A DNA stretch of 64,000 nt, taken from positions 9,504-73,503 of the forward strand of contig DASYGE010000011.1 of NCBI GenBank assembly GCA_036000105.1, given 5' to 3'. A model generated the notes under the pieces. That model made no database searches. It was given only the letters and a program-made list of their open reading frames with translations, and was not told the origin of the DNA. This DNA is from Gammaproteobacteria bacterium (GTDB lineage: Bacteria; Pseudomonadota; Gammaproteobacteria; Natronospirales; REEB76). Made by a program: the position numbers and the translations under genes. Positions 51,326-59,999 of the stretch are shown here, piece after piece; position 1 is the first letter of the stretch, and every line of letters begins with the position of its first letter.

Positions 51326-53044
51326 TTATTCAGTTGTCACGCGGTTAAGTTCAGCCAGACCGAAGTGGCCGGCTTTGACCTTGCTCAGGCCCGAACGGCG
51401 GAGGTCTGGCACGCCGTCCTTGGTCGCTTGGTCGGCGATCTGGATGGCGTTGCCTCCTTCCATGATGATGCGGCCCATGGCTTCGGACACGGGCATGACC
51501 TGGTAGATGCCGGTACGGCCCTTGTAACCTTCGGTGCACTGGTCGCAGCCCACCGGTTCGAAGACTGTGATGCCGGCATCGACTTCGGTCTCGGTGAAGC
51601 CTTCTTTCAGCAGGGCTTCCCTGGGTATCTCGATCGGGCGCTTGCAGTTCTTGCACAGGCGTCGCGCCAGGCGTTGCGCGATGATGAGGTTGACGGCGGT
51701 GGCGATGGAGTAGGGCGCGACGCCGATGTCGGCGAGACGCGTCAGGGTCTTGGGGGCGTCGTTGGTGTGCAGCGTGGCCAGCACCATGTGGCCGGTCTGG
51801 GCCGCCTTGATGGCGATCTCGGCGGTCTCCAGGTCGCGGATTTCGCCGACCAGGATGATATCCGGATCGAGACGCAGGAAGGACTTGAGCGCCGCGGCGA
51901 AAGTCAGGCCCACCTTGGGATTCACGTTCACCTGGTTCACGCCGGGCAGCTGGATTTCCGCCGGATCTTCGGCGGTGCAGATGTTGCGATCCTCGGTGTT
52001 GAGGATGTTGATGCCGGTGTAGAGCGACACGGTCTTGCCGGAGCCGGTGGGGCCGGTGATCAAGATCATGCCGTAGGGGCGTTCCAGCGCCTCGAGATAA
52101 AGTTTTTTCTGGAAATCTTCGTAACCCAAGGCGTCGATGCCCAGCTTCGCGCTGGAGGGATCGAGGATACGCATCACGATCTTTTCGCCGAACAGCGTGG
52201 GGCAGGTGGCGACGCGGAAATCGATGGCGCGGGTGGCGGAGAGTTTCAGCTTGATGCGGCCGTCCTGGGGGATGCGGCGCTCTGAGATGTCGAGCCTGGC
52301 CATGACCTTGAGACGCGCGGCGATCTTCGGGCCCAGCACCATGGGTGGTTTCACCACTTCGCGCAGCATGCCATCCTGGCGGAAGCGCACGCGGTATTCC
52401 TTCTCGTAAGGTTCCCAGTGCACGTCAGAGGCGCCCTTGTTGATGGCGTCCAGCAGCACCTTGTTGATGAATTTCACCACCGGTGCATCGTCAATGTCGG
52501 CGCTACCGGCATCGTCGGCAGGAACGTCATCGTCGCCGGCGGAGATATCCAGGTCGCCGATGTCGCCATCCGCCAGGTCCTTCATGGACGTATCCATCGC
52601 CTGGATGGACTTCTCGATGGCTTTCGCCAGCTTGTCTTCTTCGGCGATCACGGCATCGACGGTCAAGCCGGTCTTGAACTTGATCTCGTCCAGGGCCTGG
52701 AGGTTGGTGGGATCCGAGACGGCCACGAACAGCTTGCGGCCGCGGCGGAACAGTGGCAGCGCGTGGTGCTTCTCAATGAGCTGGGCTTCCACTTCCTTGA
52801 GCGGGGCCTGTCCGAGGTCCACGGCATCGAGATCGATGGTGGGCACGCCGAACTCTTCGGATGCGGCGCTCGCCACGGTGCGGGCGTTGAGTTTCTTGTG
52901 ACGAATGAGATAGCTGACGAGCAGCAGTTTCTCCGCGGCGGCTTCCCGCTGGGCTTCGCCGGCCTCGGCTTCGGTGAGCAAGCCGGCGGCCACGAGCCGC
53001 CGGGGAAGGCCGGTCAAGTTCGTCCTGACGCTAGGGGTGGCCAT
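51326..53044 (-). CDS. pilB: Type IV pilus assembly ATPase PilB
   Basis: 572 aa. It has an N-terminal T2SSE_N domain, Walker A 'GPTGSGKT', Asp/His boxes and the tetracysteine motif 'CKNCKRP...GCDQCTEGYKGR'. Confidence 0.96.
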   Translation of the reverse strand: MATPSVRTNLTGLPRRLVAAGLLTEAEAGEAQREAAAEKLLLVSYLIRHKKLNARTVASAASEEFGVPTIDLDAVDLGQAPLKEVEAQLIEKHHALPLFRRGRKLFVAVSDPTNLQALDEIKFKTGLTVDAVIAEEDKLAKAIEKSIQAMDTSMKDLADGDIGDLDISAGDDDVPADDAGSADIDDAPVVKFINKVLLDAINKGASDVHWEPYEKEYRVRFRQDGMLREVVKPPMVLGPKIAARLKVMARLDISERRIPQDGRIKLKLSATRAIDFRVATCPTLFGEKIVMRILDPSSAKLGIDALGYEDFQKKLYLEALERPYGMILITGPTGSGKTVSLYTGINILNTEDRNICTAEDPAEIQLPGVNQVNVNPKVGLTFAAALKSFLRLDPDIILVGEIRDLETAEIAIKAAQTGHMVLATLHTNDAPKTLTRLADIGVAPYSIATAVNLIIAQRLARRLCKNCKRPIEIPREALLKEGFTETEVDAGITVFEPVGCDQCTEGYKGRTGIYQVMPVSEAMGRIIMEGGNAIQIADQATKDGVPDLRRSGLSKVKAGHFGLAELNRVTTE

Positions 53045-53096
53045 AGCTCTATCCTGTGGATTTCGAGGGGCCCATACTACGGGTCATGCTGGCGTA

Positions 53097-53109
53097 GATA
53101 GTAGTGGTA
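53097..53109. repeat. 13-nt direct repeat GATAGTAGTGGTA, copy 1
   Basis: An exact 13-mer is found twice in the non-coding gap upstream of pilB. Confidence 0.9.
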
Positions 53110-53303
53110 ATAGGGGGAAATTGTCCAACGGCGACAGGGGCCTAGCAGGCATTTGGCAGGTAAAGCCCCCAGAGCCGGTACCCCCCGCATAAATGTCCGT
53201 TCCGGCGGTATACGTGGCTCTGCCCGCGTAACAACCCTAAAGTTAGGTAGGGCTGCCTCCCAAGCTTACCCTTAAGGGGCATCCTATTGCCATAAGCAGG
53301 CTT

Positions 53304-53316
53304 GATAGTAGTGGTA
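53304..53316. repeat. 13-nt direct repeat GATAGTAGTGGTA, copy 2
   Basis: This is an exact copy 207 nt downstream of copy 1. Confidence 0.9.
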
Positions 53317-53773
53317 TCAACTGGTACGGCGTGGTGGCGATCTCGAGTCGTTGCGTATCTCAATGCGAACCAGAGTCATCCATAGCGGGCAGCGCCATAT
53401 TGAGTCCCCATGTGTTTCTTAACCGGAATGCTTAGGTATACGCAGTGAGCGCCTTCAGGCCTGGTTCGCTAGGCTCATGCCACCGATTCCACGATGCGCA
53501 TTACCCTGGTAGCAGTATTGATTTGGGCTGGCATCAATTTAAGTGAACGGCACCCTGTGATACAGATCTGACCCTCTTCAAGCAATGTGGCTGGCCTTTG
53601 CAGGCGCTGTCTACGCATGACGCTAGACATTGCCGAATTTAGGAACCTTCGCCACTGTGCCGGATCAAGGTGGTCATGGCATACTTATTCCGAAGGGCTT
53701 TTACGCGAGGCGGAACTCTGGCATACGGCAGCGACTTGCCGCTTCTCACCCAGGCTTACAAGCAACTAATCAG

Positions 53774-55069
53774 ATGTCTGCAGGGTTTTTCTCACCGTCA
53801 TACTGGCTGCGACGAGTCTTCCTGTATCGGCCAGGTCGTCTGGCGCGGGGTACGCTGAGCGTAAGCAGCGGGATGTTCATCCAGGGGGTATTACAGGCAG
53901 CGATACTTGTTGTCCTGGCGCGCGCGTTGGGTGTCACTGAATATGGAGGGTTCGTCGCAGCGGCCGCTTTCATAACCTTGCTCGTGCCTCTGGCAGGCAT
54001 GGGATGCGGGTTTCTGCTAGTGCGCGATAGTGCGCGTAACCACCAACTCTTCCCGGAAGCGTTCGGGCGCAGCCTGATCATTTTGGCAATGACGGCATTG
54101 CCCTTGATCGTGCTGGCACTGGCTGTAGGGCATTTTATTTTACCCTCTCAGGTATCGGCTGCGGCTATCCTAGCCTTGGCGATTTCCGAATTGATCTTCG
54201 CGCCTGCATCAGAATTGGTCGCTCGAGCTTATCAAGCTTTTGAACTTACCGGACGCATGGCTTTTTTCAGAGCCGCACTGTTCGCTGTCCGATTGATAGT
54301 GCTTGCTTTCCTGTGGCTGACTACGCGGATCACTACGACATCGGCAGCCATCGCTTATGCGGGCTCCTCGATCATCGTCGCGATCGTCGCGCTTGCACTA
54401 GTCGCCAGAGAGCTTGGCGTTCCGGAATTCCGGTTGAATGGCATTCTCGAAGGGATGGAAGACGGGTTCCATTTCAGCGTCAACTATACGGCCTTCAGGA
54501 TGAATTCCGATATTGACAAGGTGATGCTCGCCAAGCTCGCCAGCCCGGCTACTGCTGGATTCGTCGGTGCGGCATTCCGCCTGATGCAGGGAGTCATGCT
54601 GCCCATACGCGCATTGCTCGAAGCCGGGTATGCGCGTTTTTTCAACGCCGGTGTCCAAGGTACCGCTGCCACGATAAACCTCGCACGAAAATGGCTGCCC
54701 TTACCGCTCGCCTATTCCGTGCTCACGGGCGTGGGGATATTCATCTTTGCGGGTTTGGCGCCCGTGCTGCTCGGGCAGGACTTTGGCTCCTCAGTGCTAG
54801 TTTTGCGCTGGTTCGCACCTTATCCAGTGGTGGCGCTGCTGCATTACGGGCTTGACACCATGTTAACCACGAGCAACCGACAACGGTTCACTGCGCGGGT
54901 CATGCTGGCGGGAGCGGTTATAAATGTCGGTCTCAATTTCTGGCTGATCCCCATTCTGAGCTGGAAAGGAGCGGTATTGTCCGCTTATTGCTCGGAATTG
55001 GTGATAGTGACTGCTTATTTGGGCGCCTTGTTGCTGAGCAGCGGAACGCGGCCGATGATCGCCGACTAA
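53774..55069 (+). CDS. Wzx-like oligosaccharide flippase (MOP superfamily polysaccharide biosynthesis protein)
   Basis: About 431 aa from the ATG at 53774 (the ORF track starts at a TTG at 53630). It is hydrophobic throughout with about 12 predicted TM helices, which is the Polysacc_synt-type layout. GC is lower than in the core genes. Confidence 0.75.
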   Translation: MSAGFFSPSYWLRRVFLYRPGRLARGTLSVSSGMFIQGVLQAAILVVLARALGVTEYGGFVAAAAFITLLVPLAGMGCGFLLVRDSARNHQLFPEAFGRSLIILAMTALPLIVLALAVGHFILPSQVSAAAILALAISELIFAPASELVARAYQAFELTGRMAFFRAALFAVRLIVLAFLWLTTRITTTSAAIAYAGSSIIVAIVALALVARELGVPEFRLNGILEGMEDGFHFSVNYTAFRMNSDIDKVMLAKLASPATAGFVGAAFRLMQGVMLPIRALLEAGYARFFNAGVQGTAATINLARKWLPLPLAYSVLTGVGIFIFAGLAPVLLGQDFGSSVLVLRWFAPYPVVALLHYGLDTMLTTSNRQRFTARVMLAGAVINVGLNFWLIPILSWKGAVLSAYCSELVIVTAYLGALLLSSGTRPMIAD

Positions 55070-55125
55070 CGGCGGCAGGTGCAAGCGTTCGCTATAATCC
55101 GGTTCATGCCGCCACTGGTTCGGGG

Positions 55126-56217
55126 ATGCAAATGACGGATGCTGGACAGCGGGTCCAGGTGGACTGTGAACCGCTTATGGATGGCAATTTGCCATCCGAT
55201 CTGCGACCCGCTTCTACAAGCTGCGGCCTGGATTTCTGGCAGTCAATGGCGGCGTTGATCTGGTTGAGCCGTACACTGGATGCGCAGCCTGTGCTGATCA
55301 CAGTCAAAGATGATTCACGCATGGCTGCATTATGCTGTTTACTGCGAAGGCTCCCGTTCGGTGGCGTTCTCGCCTCCGCTTATCCGTACACGGCCTTGGT
55401 GGGCGATCCGGAGTTGTTCTGGCAGAATGGAGATGGCATCGCATCAGCACTGCGGGAAAAGCGAGTGGTGCGCCTGGAGATGCCGTTTACCGGCGAATAT
55501 ACGCCGCAATTCCCCTCTTTCGACGGCAAATCCGCACGCTTCGGAGAGGCGCAGGCGCTTGCTGCCGTAAGACATGTGCTCGATCTGACGGAGGCTGAGG
55601 GGAATGCTGGCTGGCTGGAAGGCCAGCTTGCGCCCAATACCCGCTGGGCAATCCGCAAGGCCGAACGCACTGGTAGCCGCATACGTTTGGCGGCACCCAG
55701 CGATCTGGACGCCGTGCAGGTGATCTATGCTGCAACCATGCGGGCAAAGAGCGCACCGGTGAATTACGGTCCCGAGCGATTTCGGGGGATGCTTGAGGGA
55801 CTGTCCGCCGCCGGTACTGCACGTATTTACATCGGTGAACTGGACAACCACCCTGTGGGTCTCGCCGCGGTACTCGACGGAGCCGCATCCCGCCACTTGA
55901 TACAGCTTGCGGTTTTGCCCGCCGGGCAGGCAGCGCGGCTCGGCGATTTGTTGGTGGCCACGGCTATCCGTGACGCGATCACCAGAGGCCAGCGCCACTT
56001 CGATTTCATGGCGAGCAATCCGCACGATACCGGGCTGCTAGCTTACAAGGCGAAATGGGCCACGCGCGCCGAGCCGATTCGCTATGCCGTACTGCGGGTC
56101 AATCCGTTCATGGATCTCGCAATAGATTTCGGCCGTTGGATGAACATTCAGCGTGGGAAACTGGCGACGTATGCACAGTATATGCCGGTCGAACGGACGC
56201 GACCTCAATCGCCATGA
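55126..56217 (+). CDS. FemAB/Acetyltransf_6-like (CelD/BioF2-like GNAT) acyl- or aminoacyl-transferase, paralog 1
   Basis: About 363 aa from the ATG at 55126. It has a central 'NTRWAIRKAERTGSRIRL' and a C-terminal 'GQRHFDFMASNP...LLAYKAKWAT', typical of the FemAB-like GNAT family found in EPS loci. Confidence 0.65.
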   Translation: MQMTDAGQRVQVDCEPLMDGNLPSDLRPASTSCGLDFWQSMAALIWLSRTLDAQPVLITVKDDSRMAALCCLLRRLPFGGVLASAYPYTALVGDPELFWQNGDGIASALREKRVVRLEMPFTGEYTPQFPSFDGKSARFGEAQALAAVRHVLDLTEAEGNAGWLEGQLAPNTRWAIRKAERTGSRIRLAAPSDLDAVQVIYAATMRAKSAPVNYGPERFRGMLEGLSAAGTARIYIGELDNHPVGLAAVLDGAASRHLIQLAVLPAGQAARLGDLLVATAIRDAITRGQRHFDFMASNPHDTGLLAYKAKWATRAEPIRYAVLRVNPFMDLAIDFGRWMNIQRGKLATYAQYMPVERTRPQSP

Positions 56218-56978
56218 ACATCGAATCCAGGCATTACCATGGCGTAGCCGCACACTACGACAACCTCGCAGGGCACGGCATTTACGGCACACTCGCACCG
56301 CACAATCGCGGTGGACGAAAGAGCGAGTATGTGGGAGCCGTCTTTGACGCGGCGATGCTGCCCTTAATCAGGGGCCAGAGATTTGCTTCGCTGCTCGATT
56401 TTGGCTGCGGTACAGGGGTTTTTTCTCGACAGGCTGCAGATCTCATTGAGGGTGTGGTCGGTGTGGACGTTTCTCCACTGATCCTCGACGTCGCTCGGGG
56501 AGTATGCGCCCAGATGCCGAACGTGCAGCTCTTGCTCATAGACGGGGAGCACCTTCCATTCGGCGACGTGAGCTTTGATTGTGCGGTAGCCCGGGAAACC
56601 CTGTGCTATGTACCTGATGCGCGTCTCGAAATCGTGTTCGCCGAAGTGTATCGCACCCTCACGCCAGGCGGGAGGTTTTTGGTGATCGACCAGGTTTCCA
56701 ACGATCCATACTGGCAGACTTACGCAGGCACACCGCAACAGGTCAAACGCGCACCTTCCGATATCCGGAGTTGTGCCGCACGCGCAGGGTTCCTGCTGCA
56801 GGATGAATATGCCGTCAGGACGCCACGCTTTCCGGCGGTCTATCTAGCCTGGTCGGGCCTGGTCCCGCGCTTCCTCTTCCCGAAACTCGCACGGTTTGAA
56901 ACCACATGGCACCGCAAGCGGCGTCAGCCCGTGCATCGTTGGTGGGATGCCATGTTCCAGTTCGTCAAGCCCCCATGA
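56214..56978 (+). CDS. Class I SAM-dependent methyltransferase
   Basis: About 254 aa from the ATG at 56214 (ATGA overlap with the upstream stop). It has motif I 'LLDFGCGTGVFS' and post-I/II 'LLLIDGEHLPF...FDCAV'. Confidence 0.85.
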   Translation: MNIESRHYHGVAAHYDNLAGHGIYGTLAPHNRGGRKSEYVGAVFDAAMLPLIRGQRFASLLDFGCGTGVFSRQAADLIEGVVGVDVSPLILDVARGVCAQMPNVQLLLIDGEHLPFGDVSFDCAVARETLCYVPDARLEIVFAEVYRTLTPGGRFLVIDQVSNDPYWQTYAGTPQQVKRAPSDIRSCAARAGFLLQDEYAVRTPRFPAVYLAWSGLVPRFLFPKLARFETTWHRKRRQPVHRWWDAMFQFVKPP

Positions 56979-58012
56979 GTACCGCCGAAATCAGGGAAAT
57001 CTCCCGGACAGAGTATGCAGATTTTCTGGTTTCCATAACCCATTCGCCGTTCCAGCGCATGGAGTGGCTTGCCTTGGTGGAGCGGCTCTATCCCATCCGG
57101 GTGATACCGCTGGGCTGCTTCTCTGAGAACCGCCTGCAGGCGGTCATCCCTTTGCTGCGCCGCCGCTACGGTCCGGCAATACTCTTCGGCGCGCCGTTAC
57201 GCAAATGCCCTGTACCACCGGCAACGCTCTTTTGCGCACCGCCCACCAAAGTTGATCTCGTATCGCAGGCTTTGGAGACGTGGGTTCGACGCCAGGGAGT
57301 CGGCTATATGCAAGCAACCTATCCACCCTCGCCGGCAGGCGTTCCGGACGCAGGTGATATGGCGGAGAAACTCGAAAACCTTGAATTGAAGCTTTCGCGA
57401 CCGTTGGCAGAACTTTGGCAATTGCTTTCGAAGAAGACCCGTTACACCGTTCGCAGGGCAGTGAAGGATGGAGTGAAGCTGCACTGGGCCTTCGACGCGG
57501 ATTTCATTCAAACACAGTTGAAGCTACTGCATGATACTTATGCCCGGCAGGGCGTTCAGCCAAACTACCCCCCCGCGTTGTACCGGGCGCTGCTCGAAAA
57601 GCGGAGCGTAACAGGCTTGCGCATAATGTATGCCACTGTAGCCGGGCGCATCATCGCCGCGGCATGGCTGCTGGCTGGTGGTGATCGTTGTTACTACTGG
57701 GATGCAGTGACGTCAGAGGAAGGCAGGCGATTGAGCGCCAATCACGCGCTCGTCTGGTGCCTGATCCGCTGGGCAAAGCGGCACCGATTCGAGACCATCG
57801 ATTTCGTTGGCACCGCTAGAGGCGGTCGCGGCGGCAGTCGGCCGGGCATCGGGCATTTCAAGCGTTCCATGGGTGCTCTGCCGGTCGAGTACCATATCGT
57901 CTATTGGTATTCGCCCATCTACCGTCTCGCTTTGAGCGTCTACCGGTCGTGGTCTTATCTAAAACAGCGGCTTGCTTTGCTGGGGAGGACTAGGGATGGC
58001 GGAAATCACTGA
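56975..58012 (+). CDS. FemAB/Acetyltransf_6-like acyl- or aminoacyl-transferase, paralog 2
   Basis: About 345 aa from the ATG at 56975 (ATGA overlap). It has 'KTRYTVRRAVKDGVKL' and 'SANHALVWCLIRWAKRHRFETIDFVGTARGG...HFKRSMG', the same layout as paralog 1. Confidence 0.65.
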   Translation: MSTAEIREISRTEYADFLVSITHSPFQRMEWLALVERLYPIRVIPLGCFSENRLQAVIPLLRRRYGPAILFGAPLRKCPVPPATLFCAPPTKVDLVSQALETWVRRQGVGYMQATYPPSPAGVPDAGDMAEKLENLELKLSRPLAELWQLLSKKTRYTVRRAVKDGVKLHWAFDADFIQTQLKLLHDTYARQGVQPNYPPALYRALLEKRSVTGLRIMYATVAGRIIAAAWLLAGGDRCYYWDAVTSEEGRRLSANHALVWCLIRWAKRHRFETIDFVGTARGGRGGSRPGIGHFKRSMGALPVEYHIVYWYSPIYRLALSVYRSWSYLKQRLALLGRTRDGGNH

Positions 58013-59231
58013 AGATCAGGCGTTCGGGCTGCAGCCACCCAAACCATCATCTTACCGGCTGCCTTCCCTGGTGCAGCCCAACTGGCAGCTGCATGACATG
58101 TTGGGGGCATTGCAAGCCGGTCCCTTCGAACGTTTGAGCCGCGAGCTGTGTCAGCACTATGGGAATCGCTATTGTTTACTGCTAGACCGGGCGCGTTCAG
58201 GTATGTATCTACTGTCGGCTGTCTTCGGTCTTAAGGGTGAATGGATACTCAGCTCGTTGATGCACCGGCCTTCTGCGGTGCTGTTACGTCAGCACTGCAG
58301 CAAGCTTGCCCTGGCGGATGTCGACCGCGATTTCGGGATCAGCACTGAATCAGTACAGCGGTTGTTATCAGCAGAATCCTGTTGCGTGCTGGCGACGCAT
58401 ACCTACGGCAAGGTTGTGGACCTCGCAGGGCTGAGGCGCCTAGCGGATCAGGCTGGCCAGGTGCTGATCGAAAATGCGGTACATATGGCCGGGAATCTTG
58501 ATGTGGATGAGAGACGCGTCGGCAGCTGGGGCGATGCCACGCTGCTGAGCTTCAATGTGGATAAACCGCTCGGCGGGATACTGGGCGGTGCGTTGCTAAC
58601 AAATCGCGAGGATATCTGGCGGGCGGTCAGCGGATATACCCTGGGCCCCGCCAACGGCCGTGAGACCCGCGAACGGATAATGACCACTTATCTTGCCTAC
58701 CGGTTGAAGTCATTGTTGCTACGTCTGCCGCAAGCAAGCCGCTATCGCGGAGCCAGTGATGGCATCGCCGAGATCGAATCGTTCGATGCTGACAGCTACA
58801 GCAGTTACACGCCGCGGCGCATACACCGGCTCCAGGCAGCTGTCGCGCTAAAGTGCCTGCGACGTGAGGATGAGATCGTGGCGCGCCGTCGCCGCAATGC
58901 CGAGCGACTCACTAGCCAGTTGCGCGGCTTGCGCGGTGTCGGTTTGCCGGAATCAACTGCCACGCGTCCCCATGCCTATACATATTACCCGGTGGTACTG
59001 CAGGAAGGCTCGCGTTACGCGCTTGGGACGAGGCTCGCGCAGGACGGCATCGAGACCAAGTGGCGTTACTACCCGCTGCATATGCAGAGCGGCTTCCGGG
59101 ATCTGCGCCGGGACAACATGCCGCAGACCGAATGGTTGTGGAAGCAGCACTTGTTATTGCCTGCGGGTGCCGCTACGGACGAAGCCGGAATCGACTATCT
59201 CGCTGCCTGCATGCGTGAGGCGCTTGCATGA
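57996..59231 (+). CDS. DegT/DnrJ/EryC1/StrS-family PLP-dependent sugar aminotransferase
   Basis: About 411 aa from the ATG at 57996, which is preceded by GGAGGA and overlaps the upstream gene by 17 nt. It has 'IENAVHMAG...GSWGDATLLSFNVDKPLGGILGGALLT', which includes the PLP-binding Lys. Confidence 0.8.
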   Translation: MAEITEDQAFGLQPPKPSSYRLPSLVQPNWQLHDMLGALQAGPFERLSRELCQHYGNRYCLLLDRARSGMYLLSAVFGLKGEWILSSLMHRPSAVLLRQHCSKLALADVDRDFGISTESVQRLLSAESCCVLATHTYGKVVDLAGLRRLADQAGQVLIENAVHMAGNLDVDERRVGSWGDATLLSFNVDKPLGGILGGALLTNREDIWRAVSGYTLGPANGRETRERIMTTYLAYRLKSLLLRLPQASRYRGASDGIAEIESFDADSYSSYTPRRIHRLQAAVALKCLRREDEIVARRRRNAERLTSQLRGLRGVGLPESTATRPHAYTYYPVVLQEGSRYALGTRLAQDGIETKWRYYPLHMQSGFRDLRRDNMPQTEWLWKQHLLLPAGAATDEAGIDYLAACMREALA

Positions 59232-59258
59232 GAAGAGGGTGAGGTAGCGCCTAGGTCA

Positions 59259-59999
59259 TCATGTTTGACGCTTGGTCAAGACGAACACGAATCCGGGGGA
59301 CAGGAATGTCAGCGTATCCAGGAGTGGGGTCGGCATCACCGCGAGCGATCGCCACGCGAGACTGGTGGGGTGGAAGTCAGCAGGATGCCGCAGGATATAG
59401 GGGACCGCATTGGTGGCCTCGAAGCCGGCGAGCCAGGCACGCAATCTCCAGTAGCTGACAGAGTAGGCATCCAGCAATTTCTGCGATCCGCAAGCGCGCA
59501 TCAGCCCTACGGCAAACCGGCGCGGCAGCCAGTGTATGAACGGCCATAAGGTGTGAGGTTCGACGGGGAAGAGCAGGTTGGGCCCGGCGAAATAGACGAT
59601 CCCGCCTGGGCGCAGCACCTTGTGTATGAAGCTGATCAGACGCACTGGATCGGGAACATGCTCGTAGACCTGGTTGCATACCACCACGTCAACGCTATCA
59701 GCGGCCATAGGGTCCGTATCGTATCCACCCTGAATCAACCTCAGATTAGGGTGCTCATGCATCAGGTTCGCCCATTGGGGCCATGGCTGCGGATCTATGC
59801 CGGCTACCTGCGCCACCTGTGCAGCGAGAGTTGCCGCGATCTCGCCGCTGCCACATCCGATATCGAGCCAACGGGCCGCTGTCAGATCGAATGTCGAGAA
59901 TCCCTGTAGCGTCGTGAACACGGCCGCCGCCTTGCGTTCACGATCCTGGTTGCCCCATCGGGGTATGTTTGAGGGTGCATCGCTCATGGAACGGGTCAA
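59259..59999 (-). CDS. Class I SAM-dependent methyltransferase
   Basis: 246 aa. It has motif I 'WLDIGCGSGEIA' and 'VDVVVCNQVYEHVPDP...LRPGGIVYF'. It overlaps the upstream GT4 stop by 4 nt. Confidence 0.85.
   Translation of the reverse strand: MTRSMSDAPSNIPRWGNQDRERKAAAVFTTLQGFSTFDLTAARWLDIGCGSGEIAATLAAQVAQVAGIDPQPWPQWANLMHEHPNLRLIQGGYDTDPMAADSVDVVVCNQVYEHVPDPVRLISFIHKVLRPGGIVYFAGPNLLFPVEPHTLWPFIHWLPRRFAVGLMRACGSQKLLDAYSVSYWRLRAWLAGFEATNAVPYILRHPADFHPTSLAWRSLAVMPTPLLDTLTFLSPGFVFVLTKRQT

Noticed and set aside
53142-53363. A 73-aa minus-strand ORF in the pilB-upstream gap as a possible pilin or small protein.
   Set aside because: It has no hydrophobic pilin N-terminus, no Shine-Dalgarno sequence and an Arg/Gly/Leu-rich composition. 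It spans the 13-mer repeat copy 2 only by chance.
53588-53602. A sigma-54-like element TGGCTGGCCTTTGCA upstream of the island, considered because pilA promoters are sigma-54 dependent in Pseudomonas.
   Set aside because: The GG-to-GC spacing is one nt shorter than the TGGCACG-N4-TTGC consensus, and sigma-54 does not tolerate spacing changes. Other TGGCA-containing words in the gap (about 53151 and about 53528) lack the -12 GC.
53045-53773. A tRNA gene, integrase or IS end marking the island border, analogous to the tRNA-Thr next to P. aeruginosa pilA.
   Set aside because: I found no GTTCGAATC-type T-loop or cloverleaf-compatible segment, no integrase or transposase ORF and no terminal inverted repeats. 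Absence by eye is not proof; a tRNAscan or Infernal run would settle it.
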